A stretch of 62,212 bases of DNA, filler included, from Jimgerdemannia flammicorona (taxonomy: Eukaryota), in the NCBI GenBank assembly GCA_003990765.1. It is 3 parts of 3 records of this genome, joined end to end, with 100 filler letters (N's around TTAATTAATTAA, not from the genome) between each part and the next. Parts side by side here need not be neighbours in the genome. Positions count along the whole stretch, not along the records: positions 20,775 to 41,444 come from RBNJ01001619.1; 2 more parts are not named here. The stretch is one strand, 5' to 3'. A program made the translations under genes and the position numbers. Shown in pieces: positions 22,930-35,635 of this stretch (positions are counted from its first letter, which is position 1; every line of letters begins with the position of its first letter). The notes under the pieces are model-generated. The model was not told the DNA's origin. It saw only the letters and a program-made list of their open reading frames with translations, and searched no databases.

Positions 22930-25099
22930 ACTTGGTGCCCATTGGCTGGTGATTCAAGATGAATCCCTCACTTTCAAGCTAAAAAATAAACAACCACCAC
23001 AACAACTATCCTGACTACAAGAGTTACCCCTATAAGAATTCAAGACAAGATGGAAATATATCTCTCTACATTCTATGGATATACTACTGAAGAGTCATTT
23101 CTGATCTTCATTGAAGACTTAGAACAATTCACTACTATACAAGCCCTCAATATGGATGCACAATTGGCCCTTCTACCAGTCAGCCTCAGAGGACCTGCTA
23201 GAGATAAGTTCAATGTAGCCATCATTACTGATACTGATGCAGCCAGACTTGCCAATATGAAGACCTTTATACTATACTGAAGAGATCAAGCAAGCTCTCA
23301 AGAATCAACTCAACACTATCTGCCAGAGACTCAGTGAAGATCCCAACTCATTCTATATCTGAATCTACTACCAGATTATCTTGGCTGGCTATGATGATCA
23401 CCTTAAGGAACAAATAGCAGATTCAATCTTCCTCAAAGGAGTTCACCCTGAAATTGCCCTAGTAATCTGGTCTACCCCAGCTACACTGACTCTTGATCAG
23501 AAATTGGTCTTTGCACAGAGATATTAGACTGACAGAAACTCTGCTGAACACTCAATAGAGAAAATAATTGACATCAAGATGGAGGCATCAAAGCCAACTA
23601 GTATCATACCTACTACAGTTGTAAACAGACAACCATCCCCACCTATCCCCAAGACAGCTAAAGCTGACCCAGTGGAGGAACTTGTCAAGCAGTTTGCCAA
23701 GATGACTGCACACCTTAGTGATGTTGTTAGAGAAGTCTGAAGTACTAATAGGAGACCAGTACAGAGATTTATAGCTGCTACAGAAGAACATAATATCACA
23801 TGCTTCTAATATAGATAAGAAGGCCACTATACAAAGAGCTGCATGATCAAAATAAGATGCAAAGCCCAACTGAGCAATGCTAGCAGAACTAGAGAGCAAA
23901 CCAATACAGTAGTTGTCAAGGAGCTCAAATTCTACCCTGCTTCTGAAGGTGCCAGAATCTGGTCCAAGCCCTATGATAAGAAGAGCAACAAAAAGCCATT
24001 TGAAAGACTGAAGAAGACCCCAGCTGTCACTATTCAAAGCAAGACCCAACCTGAGAAGATTGATCAAGACATAGAGTTAGATGAAGCTGCCTGACAAATC
24101 ATTGAAGGCACTACTCTAGTCTCAGAAGAAAGTGAAAGCAAGAAGGAACAGAAGCTACACAAGACCAAGATCCATCAGTATGATATCTACAAGGACCTTA
24201 AGGAATAGAAGATCAATGCTACTTTTGGACATCTAGCCGAAATCCCTACCTTCAGACAGCAGTTAAGAGTAGGACTTGCAACTACTGCCAAGAATCAAGA
24301 GTACAAGATTATAGAAGCTCACAATGAACAAGAAGATGATCAAGAAGACTCAGGTGAAGAATCTGAAGACTAGTACAAAACATCAGCCTATACCCCATAT
24401 CAGATTGAAGATTGTATCTTTGATGCTATCATTGATACTAGTGCTGGAGGATGCCTCATAAGCAAGAAGGCAATTGACTATCTAGACTGAAACATTGAAG
24501 AGTCTATTAAGATGGTTTATATTACAGCAGATGGTATACAAGCTACCCACCTTGGCAAAATCTGAGAAGTCTCCATCAAGATAGGAGGAGCTACTATTCC
24601 AGTAGATGAGATTGTTATAAGTACCACCAACTATGATATCCTCATTGGCAACTAATGGCTTCACAAGGCCAAGACCATCATTGATCTCAATACTCAGAAG
24701 ATATAGATCAACTATAGAGATAGAAAGGTACAAGTCTCTATCAATTTCTACAAAGAAGTTCTATCAGATATGGAGGAAGGAGATGAAGAGGACACAGAAG
24801 TCTTCATGCACTCAGTGAATAAGAACAAGAATAAGAACAAGATGCCTAAGCTCACAGATGAGCAGTGGTACAATAAGATCATCAATAGCTATGCCCCTCA
24901 AGGAAGATGCCCCTATGATACTAGGATGTACTGCTCTGAACACCTGAATGACTACTGGTTCTATATCAGTGAAGTCAGAAAAATCTGCCAACAGAAGCAT
25001 GAGCAAGAAGCTGCTAAAGCAAAAAGGAAAGCCAAAGAAGATGACCAGCCCTCAGAGCTTCAAGCTGACAGTAATGATGAGGAGAAATAAGAACCAAAC

Positions 25100-25518
25100 A
25101 TCACTCTCAAGGTCAAGAAGTTTCACCCTGAAGCCAAGATCCCAGAATACAAGACTGAAGGAGCCATAGGAATAGACATTGCCAGCATTTAAGATGCTAC
25201 CCTCAAACCACAGACCACCACCCTACTTGGTACTGGAATTGAAGTCAAGTTGCCAGAGAACCATACTGGAATTATCAAGACCAGGAGCAGTCTAGCCAAA
25301 AGCAAAATCTCAGTTGAAGAAGGAGTAATTGACCCTGATTATACTGGCAAGATCTTCCTTATAGTCAGGAATCACAACCCCATCACCCCATTTGAAGTCA
25401 AGAAGCATGACAGGATTGGCCAGATTCTGATCCACGAAATCAAGAAGCCCTAGATCACTAAAGCCATCAAACTCATCAAGACCAAGAGAGGAGAACAAGG
25501 CTTTAGATCTACTGGAAG
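25100..25518 (+). pseudogene. dUTPase domain of element A, between protease and RT
   Basis: GAIGIDI..GTGIEVKLP..KTRSSLA..GVIDPDYTGKI..DRIGQIL..RGEQGFRSTG (motifs 1-5). Confidence 0.92.
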
Positions 25519-25977
25519 AGGAGTCTATGCTGTCACTAAGATTACCAACCTTAAACATAAGAACAATAGGGATCAGAACAAGCACCCATATACCATTGGA
25601 GAAAATGTTTCCCTGAAAGAACAACATCTCAAGATCCTGCACCAGAATGAAGGAGTACTTGCTACAGACTTCAGGGATATCCACAAACAAGAACCCAAGT
25701 ACTACTATGAAGTTGACACCAGTGATACCAAGCCCATCTATCAGAAATCTAGACCAATACCATTTGTCTACAGAGAATGGCTGCAAGTAGAACTTAAGGA
25801 AATAGAAGGAGTTGGAATCATCAAGCAAGCTATCAGTCTCTGGGCTTCACCTATTGTTCTTGCTCCAAAGAAAGGAAGTAAGTCTGGAGAGTTTGTCCCA
25901 AGACTCTGCATTGACTATAGGAAGCTCAATGCAATTACCAAGAAAGATAGGCAGTCCTCTCTAAATATTCAAGAAAT

Positions 25978-28900
25978 TTTTTTTTTTTTTTTTTTTTTAT
26001 AATAACTTAGACTTCCTTCCTTTATTAACCCATCTATCCGATATAAATACATTGAACCCACCCCCTAACCAATCCCCCTAGGGGGGCCCCCCCTCCCTAC
26101 TCCCACCCAATAAATGGCTACTTTGTCCAACACTATCTCTACCCTCCCACTACTCTGTTCACAGATCCTTGCCACTAAGCCGTGACATTGCCCCCCCTGA
26201 GGACCCCAACCCACCCACCATCCAGTCAGCAGATCCCCCAACAACTCCTCCCACTATAATACCTTCTCCTGTAGTCCCATCTGCCTCCCCTCCTCGAATA
26301 CAAAAAGCCAATGTCCAGCCAGGCCCACCTACACTGCTAACACCCACCCTACAGTGAGCCAACTATCACCTCCACCACCCACTAACTGAGATCTCAAGTC
26401 CTCCCAGTGGCCTCCCTCACCTGCCAGCCTCTGCTCCACACTCAGCCTATTCACTATTTCTACCCAAAAGTCCCCCAATACCTCACACTCTCTCAGCCAG
26501 TGTTCTGGTATCTGTACAAGTCCTCCAGCTTGCCCAACATTATAACACTCCTCACAATCTAAATGGCCACCATCCACCAGATGCCTAGAGCAGTAGTTCA
26601 ACATGACATTCCTCCTCAGCATTTGCCACCATACCACCCAGAACTTGGGAGGGAGCCACCTCCGCACCTCAGCACTCCATGACCAGATACCTGCCCAGTC
26701 CCACTCCTTGCTGATCCCTGCCACCTGCCAGCCACTTGGCCAAAGATTCTGGCCAAGACCCTGCTGATACTCCACTCCAACTCCAATATCAAACTCAGTA
26801 AGAGAAGCACCCCCCAGAAGTAGCCTATCCCACCACCACATACCAGGACCCCACCTCACCTCCCTCTCATTTCCTTGCCAGTGCAGGCCATTATGGTGTG
26901 CTCCATCTACCACCCCCCACCAAAAGCCCTTAAACCGCAGATGCTGACTTCTATTCAGCCCCACCAAAGAGAGTAAATCTCTGGAGGACCTTCGAGGGGA
27001 GGTCCTCATCTTCCACACCTTCTGCATCAGTAGCACCCACCCCCTTCTCTGTAGTTCAACTGCTCTCTTCAACCACCAGGCTCACAAGCAGTACAGCCTT
27101 TTAGGGAGATCCACCAGGCCAAGACCTCCACTGACTACCAGTGTTGCAAGAGTATCCCAACTGATCTGGGATCTCCTCCCTGCCCAAATCCAATCTCTAG
27201 CCATTTTCATCAGCCTCTTCACCACTCAGGCTGGGAAGTCTAAGTGATAGGCCACATACCATAACTTGGAGAACCAGTAGACTTTCAGAATTGACACCCA
27301 CCCTTCCAGAGAGATATGGTGGCCTCCACAACTTCAAAGGGCCTTCCCCCAAATGGCTACCCTGCCCTCCCACCATACATGTGGCAAGACAGAACCATAT
27401 ACAGAGAGGAAGATGCCCAGATACCATACCATCTCACCAGTAGGGACAATTGTTCCAATGATGTCCACACCCACTAACCCATTCCCTAGCACCATTGTCT
27501 CACACTTATACCGGTTGAGCTTCGCCCCAGAGTGAGCTTCATATCATTCCACATCTCCTTAAGGGCCTTGACATCTGCCACTGACCCAAGTCCAACCACC
27601 ATGTCATCAGCAAAGGCCCCTACCTTCCACACTATACCATATATAGAGAGCCCTGCCACCCTCCAGCAAATCCTATCCATCAAAGGCTCTAATGAAAGGG
27701 CATATAGAACTGGGGACAGAGGGTCCCCCTGAGGAACCCCTCTTCCCAAGGGAAATGCCAGACCTCAATGACCATTACACATCAGTGCTGCTTGACTGCT
27801 AGCAAGCAGCTACAATATAGAAGCCCGAAATCTTGGGGGAATATCAATTCAATCCAACACCCTGCCTAGCCAAACCTGCTGTACCCAGTCATAGGCCTTC
27901 TCCTGGTCCAAAAAGACCAATCTTCCATCCAGTCTGCAAGCCCGGGCCCCTTCAATGACTCCATGCACCCATACAGTCCTATCCCTTATAAGTCTGCCCC
28001 TAACAAAGCCCTGCTGCTCCTCCCACAGTATCTGTTGGGCAACTTTCTGCAGCCTTGCAACAATCACCTTAGTCACCATCTTCCTGTCTATATTCAAAAG
28101 TATGATTGGCCTCCAATTCTTCCAGTCTTCCTGCCTCCCCTTGTCTTTGTACAATAGGGCCACCAGCCCGAGGTCCTGCTCTCCAACCCACTCTCCACTC
28201 TGAAGAATGTAATCACAGAGAACAGCCATCTCACCCAAAATTTCAGGGATCTTGACCATATTCTTCCAGAAGTCCCATGGTAGCCCATCCTCCCCTGGTG
28301 CCATTCCAAGCTTAGTTGCTGCAAGGACACACTGAATCTCCTCTCCTTGAACCAGTAAGATCAAGTCACCCATTCCCTCCACTTGTGGCAGCCTCCACTC
28401 CTCTAATGACTCTCCAATCACCTCCTCATCAGCACCCCCTTCCCCCTCACTCCATATACCCTGCCATCTCTTCTTCAAAACCCTTAAGATTTGTTGGGTG
28501 CCATGCACCATATCCCCCTCGGCATCCAAGACCCCCTCTCACCTATGTCACACCCTCCTAGCTTTGAGGAGTCTAGACAAGTACCTAGTAGGCAGCTCAC
28601 CCTCCTCAAGCCCCTGCCACCTTAGCCTGGCAGCCATTTCTCACATGTAAGCCTCCTCCTCCTCTTGTAGTACCTGTTACAGTTCCACTATCTCTAATTT
28701 TGCCCACTCTATCCTCCAATCCTCCACCCCATCAGAAGTAAGCAGATCTGCCCACTCCATTTGCAACCTCCTCAGCCTGCTAAAAGCACACCTCATGCAC
28801 TTTCTCCTCTGTCTCCCTGCTTCTCTACCAGCTCCTCCCCAATAGACCCTTGCAGCCTCTTTCAATCTCATCCAACAGACACCCACAGACATACCCTCTT

Positions 28901-31863
28901 GCCTCCAGGTAAAACCTTTGCCTAAATGTCCTCCACCCATGAGTCCCACAACCCCTTCTCAGCCAGCAGAGAGGAGTTAAGGTACCAATGTCCAGGTCCA
29001 TCTCCACTCCCCCCAAACTGCCCCTGCCCCAATAGTCCCCAGTGATCAGACCACAGACACCACTCTACCTCCAATGTCTTCCAGACATCAGAACCCCAAC
29101 ACTCTGCTGTCAGAATTCAGTCAATCCTTGTACCCAAGCCATTCACCCAATGTGTGTAGACCCTGTTATCACCCCACCATATTCTGCCTATATCCCTTAA
29201 GGAGCTCAAATTCTCCACCTCCACCCAAGCATCCAGCCCTCCACTTCTCCCCCCTGCATTCCTCCCTCCATCAGTTTGGTCCAGACTCTGATCTCAAACC
29301 ATATTAAAGTCTCTACCAAGAACATCGACCCCTTTCTCTAAGAGAATACCCTCCTCAAGCAGCTCTGTAATCCATGTAATCCTCTCACCCCTAACTGCTG
29401 GACAGTAGTAAGAGCCAACCCTCACTGACTCCCATCCTTGTCAGTGCCAATCTCTCCATATCAATCGATCCCCCCAGCTCCTGATTCCCCCCAATTCTCC
29501 TCTACTCTTCCTCACCAGAATCGCAACTTTTCCAAACCAAGTAGTAGCCCCACCCCATTCTCTAGTCCACTCTACCTGATTATCCTCATCCTCACATCAT
29601 ACATCCTATAGTAAAAAGAGATCAGCCTCCAATCCCCTGAGCCAAGTAAAAATGTTCTTATGCTGCCCAGATCCCCTTAGCCCATTCACATTCAAAGAGA
29701 AAATGTTGGTTGTACTGTTTATAAGAATAATGTTATATAGTGATCCCATTCTCTACAAGTCTGCACCCAGCTCCTCCTGCATCAAGTCCAAATTATATTC
29801 AGCAGCTAGCTCCTTTTTGCCAGCCTTCCATGCCTCCAACCCTCCCAGAAGTTCCACCATCACCCCATCCTCCCTCTCCTCAAGTCCTCATGATACTCCA
29901 GGCAGGCCTCCTGCCAGAGCTGCAAACCATGATGCTCTGCCTAACAGTAGGCAGTCTGCTCACTAGCAACAGCCCCCAGCTCTGCCTTCCTCACCTCATC
30001 AACCTCATATCTCTTCTCCTCCAGGAAGATCGCAAGTATCTCTACCTTCAGCACCTCCAACACTCCATCTCTATGCAGAATCCTTGCCCAATACTCCTCA
30101 GGCATGACACATAGGTCCACTTCACCCAATGTCTCCACCACAAGGTTATCTATCACCTTGCTCATTCACAGCAGGTTCCCCACCTCCTTCCCTCAAGGAG
30201 TCCCTGGCCTCCCTACATCCAACATTGTGGTATCAGCTCCTACACTAGCCACCTCATCCCACTCCTCCTCTGGGACATCCACTAGCTCATCCTCACCAAT
30301 TGCCACCACCTTTCCCCCTTTTGTCATATCAGGGACTCCAAAGTGTACCTGCTGGGCCCCCTTCATCAATACATCATCTGCTGCCCCTCTCTTCACCACC
30401 AGGCCCCTCCTAATAAGAGAGGGGGGGGGTGGCATCCAACTCCTGCTCCCAGACTTCGAAAGAACCATCTGCATAGGGGTCCTTACTTGGTACCTTCTCA
30501 GCCCCACCCTTGGTCACCTCCACCTCCCTTCCTCCTTTACTAGCCCGAACACTGGCTTCAATGCCCCCAGCCTCCCCTGTACTATCCACCTTCTTCTTAG
30601 TCCCTCCACTCATACTTGCCAGCAGCTCTTTCTACCACCTGCACCCCTGGGCCTACTCCCACTGCCCCTTGTCAGTTCGAATCCTCTTCCCATCAACAAT
30701 CTCCAGATGTGTTAACTCCTCATACAATTTCCAAGCCTTCACCCTCCTCTCAACAGCACTGCTCAACTCTTCCAGTACCTCCAACAAGTCCTCCTCCTTC
30801 TCTTCATTCCCTCACACCCTTGATACCTTACAGACAAAGGCCCCCCACATCAACACTGAGGGCCAGTTGCTCACCTTTCCTGTGGCCTCTCTTCCCACCA
30901 GTCTAATCCTCACATCCACATCACTAGTCCTAATAGAGGTCCCCTCTCACACCTGGAAACTGATATCCACCACCTCGCCATACTCTGCCATCACCTCCTC
31001 TATCCTCCTCCTAGTCTCCTCCTTCATCACAATGGGTACCCCCTTCACCAGCAGCTGCACCACCCTGGAGTCCCACCTCAAGCAGTGCATCATGGGGACT
31101 ACCACCTTGCCAACTACCACTCCAGACTTCAGTACCTCTTCCAGTGGTCCTGTCTCCTCAAAGTCCACCTCAACTCCCTCCAGGTCCTTCAAGAACTTCA
31201 CTGAGACAGTCCCAGCCACCTGCTTCAACACAAGCCCCAAGACCATCCTCGCTATCACTGCCAAGCCTCAGAAGCACAGTGTCACTATAAACTCCAAGAT
31301 CAACTTCCTGAGTAATGGTGCCACTGCCAGCCCCATCACACCATTAGCCAGGTCCCCCTTCTACATTGAGAACCCCTGCCCCTCACCTCTATCAGCTGTC
31401 ACATCTCTTTTTTTTTCCTGATTGCCCATCACACTGCCATCAGCAGTCCCATCCCCAGCCACTGCATCTCCAGCACCTATGCTTGCATCCCCCCCCTGGG
31501 CACCTCCCCCCCTCCCTAGGCTTGCCTTGCCCTTCCCTACCACAGCTCCAGCCCTACACCCAGCTGGCTATCCCCCATCCTTCACCTTATCTACAAAGCT
31601 CGAGGGGCCAGACCTCTCCCCATAACTACCTGACACCAGTCTACCTCCAGAGCCTCTGCCACCCTTCAAACCACCAAAGGCCCCCATCCCCAGGTCATAA
31701 CCCCTCCCGACCTGCTGCCAGCCAAAAGCCCCAGATCCACCTGACTCAGTACACCCAGCAGAACTCTTACTTGAAGACATTGTTATAATACCTTTCCTCC
31801 AGGTTGTGAAGAAAACTATTGCTTGAGGTTTGTGTAATGTGAATTGTACCAGAGAAAGGTTTG
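25978..31863 (-). mobile_element. Full-length decayed L1/Tx1-like LINE copy 3 inserted in the RT of element A
   Basis: Poly(T) at 25978. TSD ATATTCAAGAAAT at 25965-25977 and 31864-31876. ORF1 plus ORF2 with APE (FSLNVNGL), RT (GVPQGDPLSP, FADD) and a C-terminal CxxC..H..C. Confidence 0.93.
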
Positions 31864-34482
31864 ATATTCAAGAAATCCTTACTACTCTTAGAAATGAAGC
31901 CAAATACTACACCACCTTGGATCTGTTCTCAGGCTTCCATCAGATTGGTCTCACTCAAGATGCTAGTGAGAAATCAGCCTTTTTCACACCTAATGCCACC
32001 TATATCTACCTGCAAATGCCATTTTGAATGTGCAATGCCCCAGTAAGTTTTCAGTGAATGATGAACAGAGTCTTCAGCAATGAGATTGGAAAATGGTACT
32101 TTGTCTATATTGATGATGTGATCATCTTCAGCAACACTGTATGGGAACATATCAACCACATACAGCTAGTCCTCAAAAAGCTCAAGGAGCATGGTCTCTA
32201 CAACAAGCCCAAGAAGTGCAAGTTTGTAGGTCAGGAAATCACCTACCTAGGACACCTATGAACTGGAATGGAATCCACACAGACCCTATAATGATTGAGA
32301 CTGTTACAGCCTACCTAAGATCCACAATAACTACAGAAGTCCATGCCTTCCTTGGACTGGCCTCCTACTACAGAAGATTCATCAAAGAATATTCTAATAT
32401 TGCAGCACCAATCTATGAGCTACTAAAGAAGGAGACCAAATTCAAATGGACCAAGAAATGCCAAGAAACCTTCAATGAACTCAAGACCAGGTTGACCTAA
32501 GCACCTATCCTCAGAAGACCAGATTGGAACCTAGAATTCATTCTGCAGACAGATACAAGTGCTATAGGACTTAGAGCAGTCTTAGTTCAGAAGAAAGATA
32601 GATATGAATATATCATCTCCTATGTAAGTCAAGATACTCATGGTGTAGGACAGAACTACAAGTCATGAAAGCTCAAATACTTGACAGTAGTTTGGGCAGT
32701 AGACAAGTTTCACTACTATCTAGCTGGGAAACACTTCACTATTCAAACAGACTATTCCACTCTTGTCTGGCTATTCCACACTCTGAACTAGAAAGAAATA
32801 TATGTCAGATAGATCTACAGGCTGCAAGAATATGATTGGACTATCAAGCACTACTCAGGAAGAACCAACACCAATACTGATGCACTATTAAGGATACTCC
32901 AAAACACTCTCATTAAGACTATTTAATAAGAATAAGAAGTTATACTATGAATTAATCAGCTACCTTGGGCAGCAGAAGATGCTCAACCACCTTGAACTCT
33001 GGATAATCACTATTATCAACTGGACTTAGAAACAGTTTGATCTAGAAAATACTATACTCAGAAAAGAAGGAAAGCTTGTAATACCCAAATACAAGAAGTA
33101 TCAAGTAATGAAGGAAATACATAAACAAGGACACTAAGGAGGAACCAATATATATAACAAGGCAAGAAGAACTATGTGGTGGCCCCTGATGGTAGATGAC
33201 CTACAACAATTTGTCAAAGAGTGTGATAAGTACTAAAAACAGAAATAAGATCAGTAAGACCTAACACCTGAGTCATCAAGAATTGAGCCTATCCCCTTCT
33301 ACTATATTACAATAGATATCATTGGACCACTACCAGTAATACTATCAGGAAACTGCTATATTATAGTTATTGTAGACCTCTTTACCAAATGGATAGAAGC
33401 AGAAGTATTACAAGAAGCCAATGCTCTCTCTATAGCCGACTTCCTGTACTGAGAAATCATCTGCTACTACAAGACACCAAAGCAAATCACAACAGACTGC
33501 AGTATAGAATTTGTCAATGGATTCTATGAGATAATATATCAGAAATATAAGATTCAGCACATCAAGACCACCACATACCACTCTCAAGGAAATGGACAGA
33601 TAGAGAGAACCAACAAGACCCTCAAGAACATCTTGTTGAAGATCTCAGATACATTTGAGAATTGGGATAATTCCCTCCCAATGGCTCTCTCTGTCCTATG
33701 AGATATATGGTCACAGAGTATACACTTTATCCCAAAAGAACTGTTCTTCTGAGAAGAAGATTCTGATGGAACCTCAGCCACAAATCTAAATCTAACTTGG
33801 ATACAGATTGACTCAGAAATCCAGAAACTATACCAAATTAGGAAGAAGGCTGAAGATTATATCATCAAGTTATAAGCACTGATAAGAAAGAATGCAGAAA
33901 AGAATTACAAGACCCTAGAACCCATCCAAATCAGAGAAAAGGTCCTACTATATTGAAATATGATAGAAGCCTCATGCACACGAAAACTAGAGCCCAAATG
34001 GGAAGGACCCTTCTATGTACAAGATATCAAGAGAACTACCTTCTGGCTTAGAAAAATCTCAGAGACTATACTGCCTACCATGGTACACAGACTCAAGAAG
34101 TACTATGAACCTATATAAGAGAAGCAAAATGTGATAACTACTTATGAGGTTCTAGTCTGCAAATCATAACAATATATTCTATGACCAGCAGGCTATCTGT
34201 CTGGACCATTCTTTAAAAGATACAATACTAGCAACTACTCATCCATGAGACTTTCAAAGCCAGAGAAATTTGAACTATCAACTAATTAGTCAAGATCTGA
34301 ATCAGGCCCTTGCTCTATATGAAGGGAGCAACTCTTCACCATTATGTCAAAATATATAGGGAAGACACCAGTCTATAAACACCACTTTTCAACCCCCTGG
34401 CAGAGGTTATGGAATCAGCAAATTTTTCAGAACTGGACCAATGAATAAGGATGCTCAAGGAGATCCTTATTCAGGAGGAAGA

Positions 34483-35635
34483 TATAATGGTGACCTCAGA
34501 ATAATGATATCAGAGATAGCAATTCCCCACAAGCCACTAGATCAGAGTACAAGAAGATCATATGTCATGACTTACCCAGACTATGAGATGAGTAATGATG
34601 ACCAACTATGAGTCATTATGACCACAGTATAGGTATCTTGAGGAATATAAAAGAAGGATCAAGGAACCACAGTAGCAGCAATACAATAAGACCCACTAAT
34701 TCCAAAATACCTCAAAGACTTATCAAAAATAAAATGCCTGCTGCTTACCAAACCTCAAGGTCAAGGAACTACTATGACATCAGTTGAAGAAAGGATATTC
34801 TAAGACATCAGAAGAGCCATGAGGACCCATACAAGAAGGACTCCTAGCTATCAGAGATCTTTATCACTTTATCCTCTACCACTATGAAATGGAAACAAGA
34901 ATCACTATTGCTACCAAATGTCTCCAGATGTGGCAGGAGTATAAAATAGGAAACCTTCTTTACTGGGAGTTTCTACAGACCAGCCCTCAAGAGTTACAAG
35001 ATGCCACTCTTATGGATATATATGAAACAAGGACAGCTAAGAAGATTTATCAGATCTTCAGATATACACCATGGTCAATCCCCAACTTGAAGTATATTAG
35101 AGTCTCAGACTTCAGAGATCTGTCAGCCTGCCATATCAATGTACTAGAAGCCAGGGTGGCTACAGAAGCCCAGTCTACTATCACCCTCAATAGTGATGAA
35201 GTAGAAGACTTCTGGCATCCCATCCTCCAGGACAACCCAGATCAATTCTTGCAAGGATTGATCTCAGTATTCCAAAGCCCAAGCATCCAGATTAGACCTC
35301 CCCAAGACCCCACATTTGTTTCCTATTTCATAAAAGAGAACCTCATAGACTGGAGAGCCCCAGACCTCCTTGTTCCTGCCACTGCTGAATATGATGATGT
35401 CATTGGTAATGACATCATCCTGCATGATATATGCAAAATGAGCAATCTATATAATGAGACCGAAACATTCACAGATCTCATCTCCTTCAGTGATGATGAG
35501 GATGAAGCCCCTATAGTCCTGAACATTCTGCTCTAAAAGTCTCTTAGTTATACCGAATTATGCCAGCATTCTTTTCCTGTATAACAGCTATTTTTCTATT
35601 GGCATTCTGACCTTATATGACTCGGAATTATTCCA
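34483..35635 (+). repeat. 3' LTR of element A (interrupted at 35635 by LINE copy 4)
   Basis: Colinear with the 5' LTR up to ..GAATTATTCCA and preceded by the PPT. Confidence 0.88.
34889..35536 (+). CDS. Unknown-function ORF (at least 215 aa) encoded inside the LTR of element A
   Basis: Stop-free for 215 codons in a heavily mutated element. The homologous frame in the 5' LTR (21278-22428) is broken by stops and the LINE insertion. Confidence 0.6.
   Translation: METRITIATKCLQMWQEYKIGNLLYWEFLQTSPQELQDATLMDIYETRTAKKIYQIFRYTPWSIPNLKYIRVSDFRDLSACHINVLEARVATEAQSTITLNSDEVEDFWHPILQDNPDQFLQGLISVFQSPSIQIRPPQDPTFVSYFIKENLIDWRAPDLLVPATAEYDDVIGNDIILHDICKMSNLYNETETFTDLISFSDDEDEAPIVLNILL

Larger units (their letters stand above)
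20859..35635 (+). mobile_element. Ty3/gypsy LTR retrotransposon A (gag-PR-dUTPase-RT-RNaseH-IN, long LTRs with an ORF); decayed and interrupted by three LINEs
   Basis: LTR pair 20859-22929 / 34483-35635+. PBS-like TGGTGCCC at 22933; PPT AGGAGGAAGA at 34473-34482. Knuckle CF*YR*EGHYTKSC ~23800; PR IIDTSAG ~24430; RT CIDYRKLN ~25910 and YIDD ~32106; RNaseH FILQTD ~32540; IN MDIIGPLP ~33310 and KWEGPF ~33995. Confidence 0.92.

Noticed and set aside
34889..35536. env gene interpretation of the extra ORF in element A
   Set aside because: No signal peptide, furin site or transmembrane helix is visible, and it lies within the LTR.
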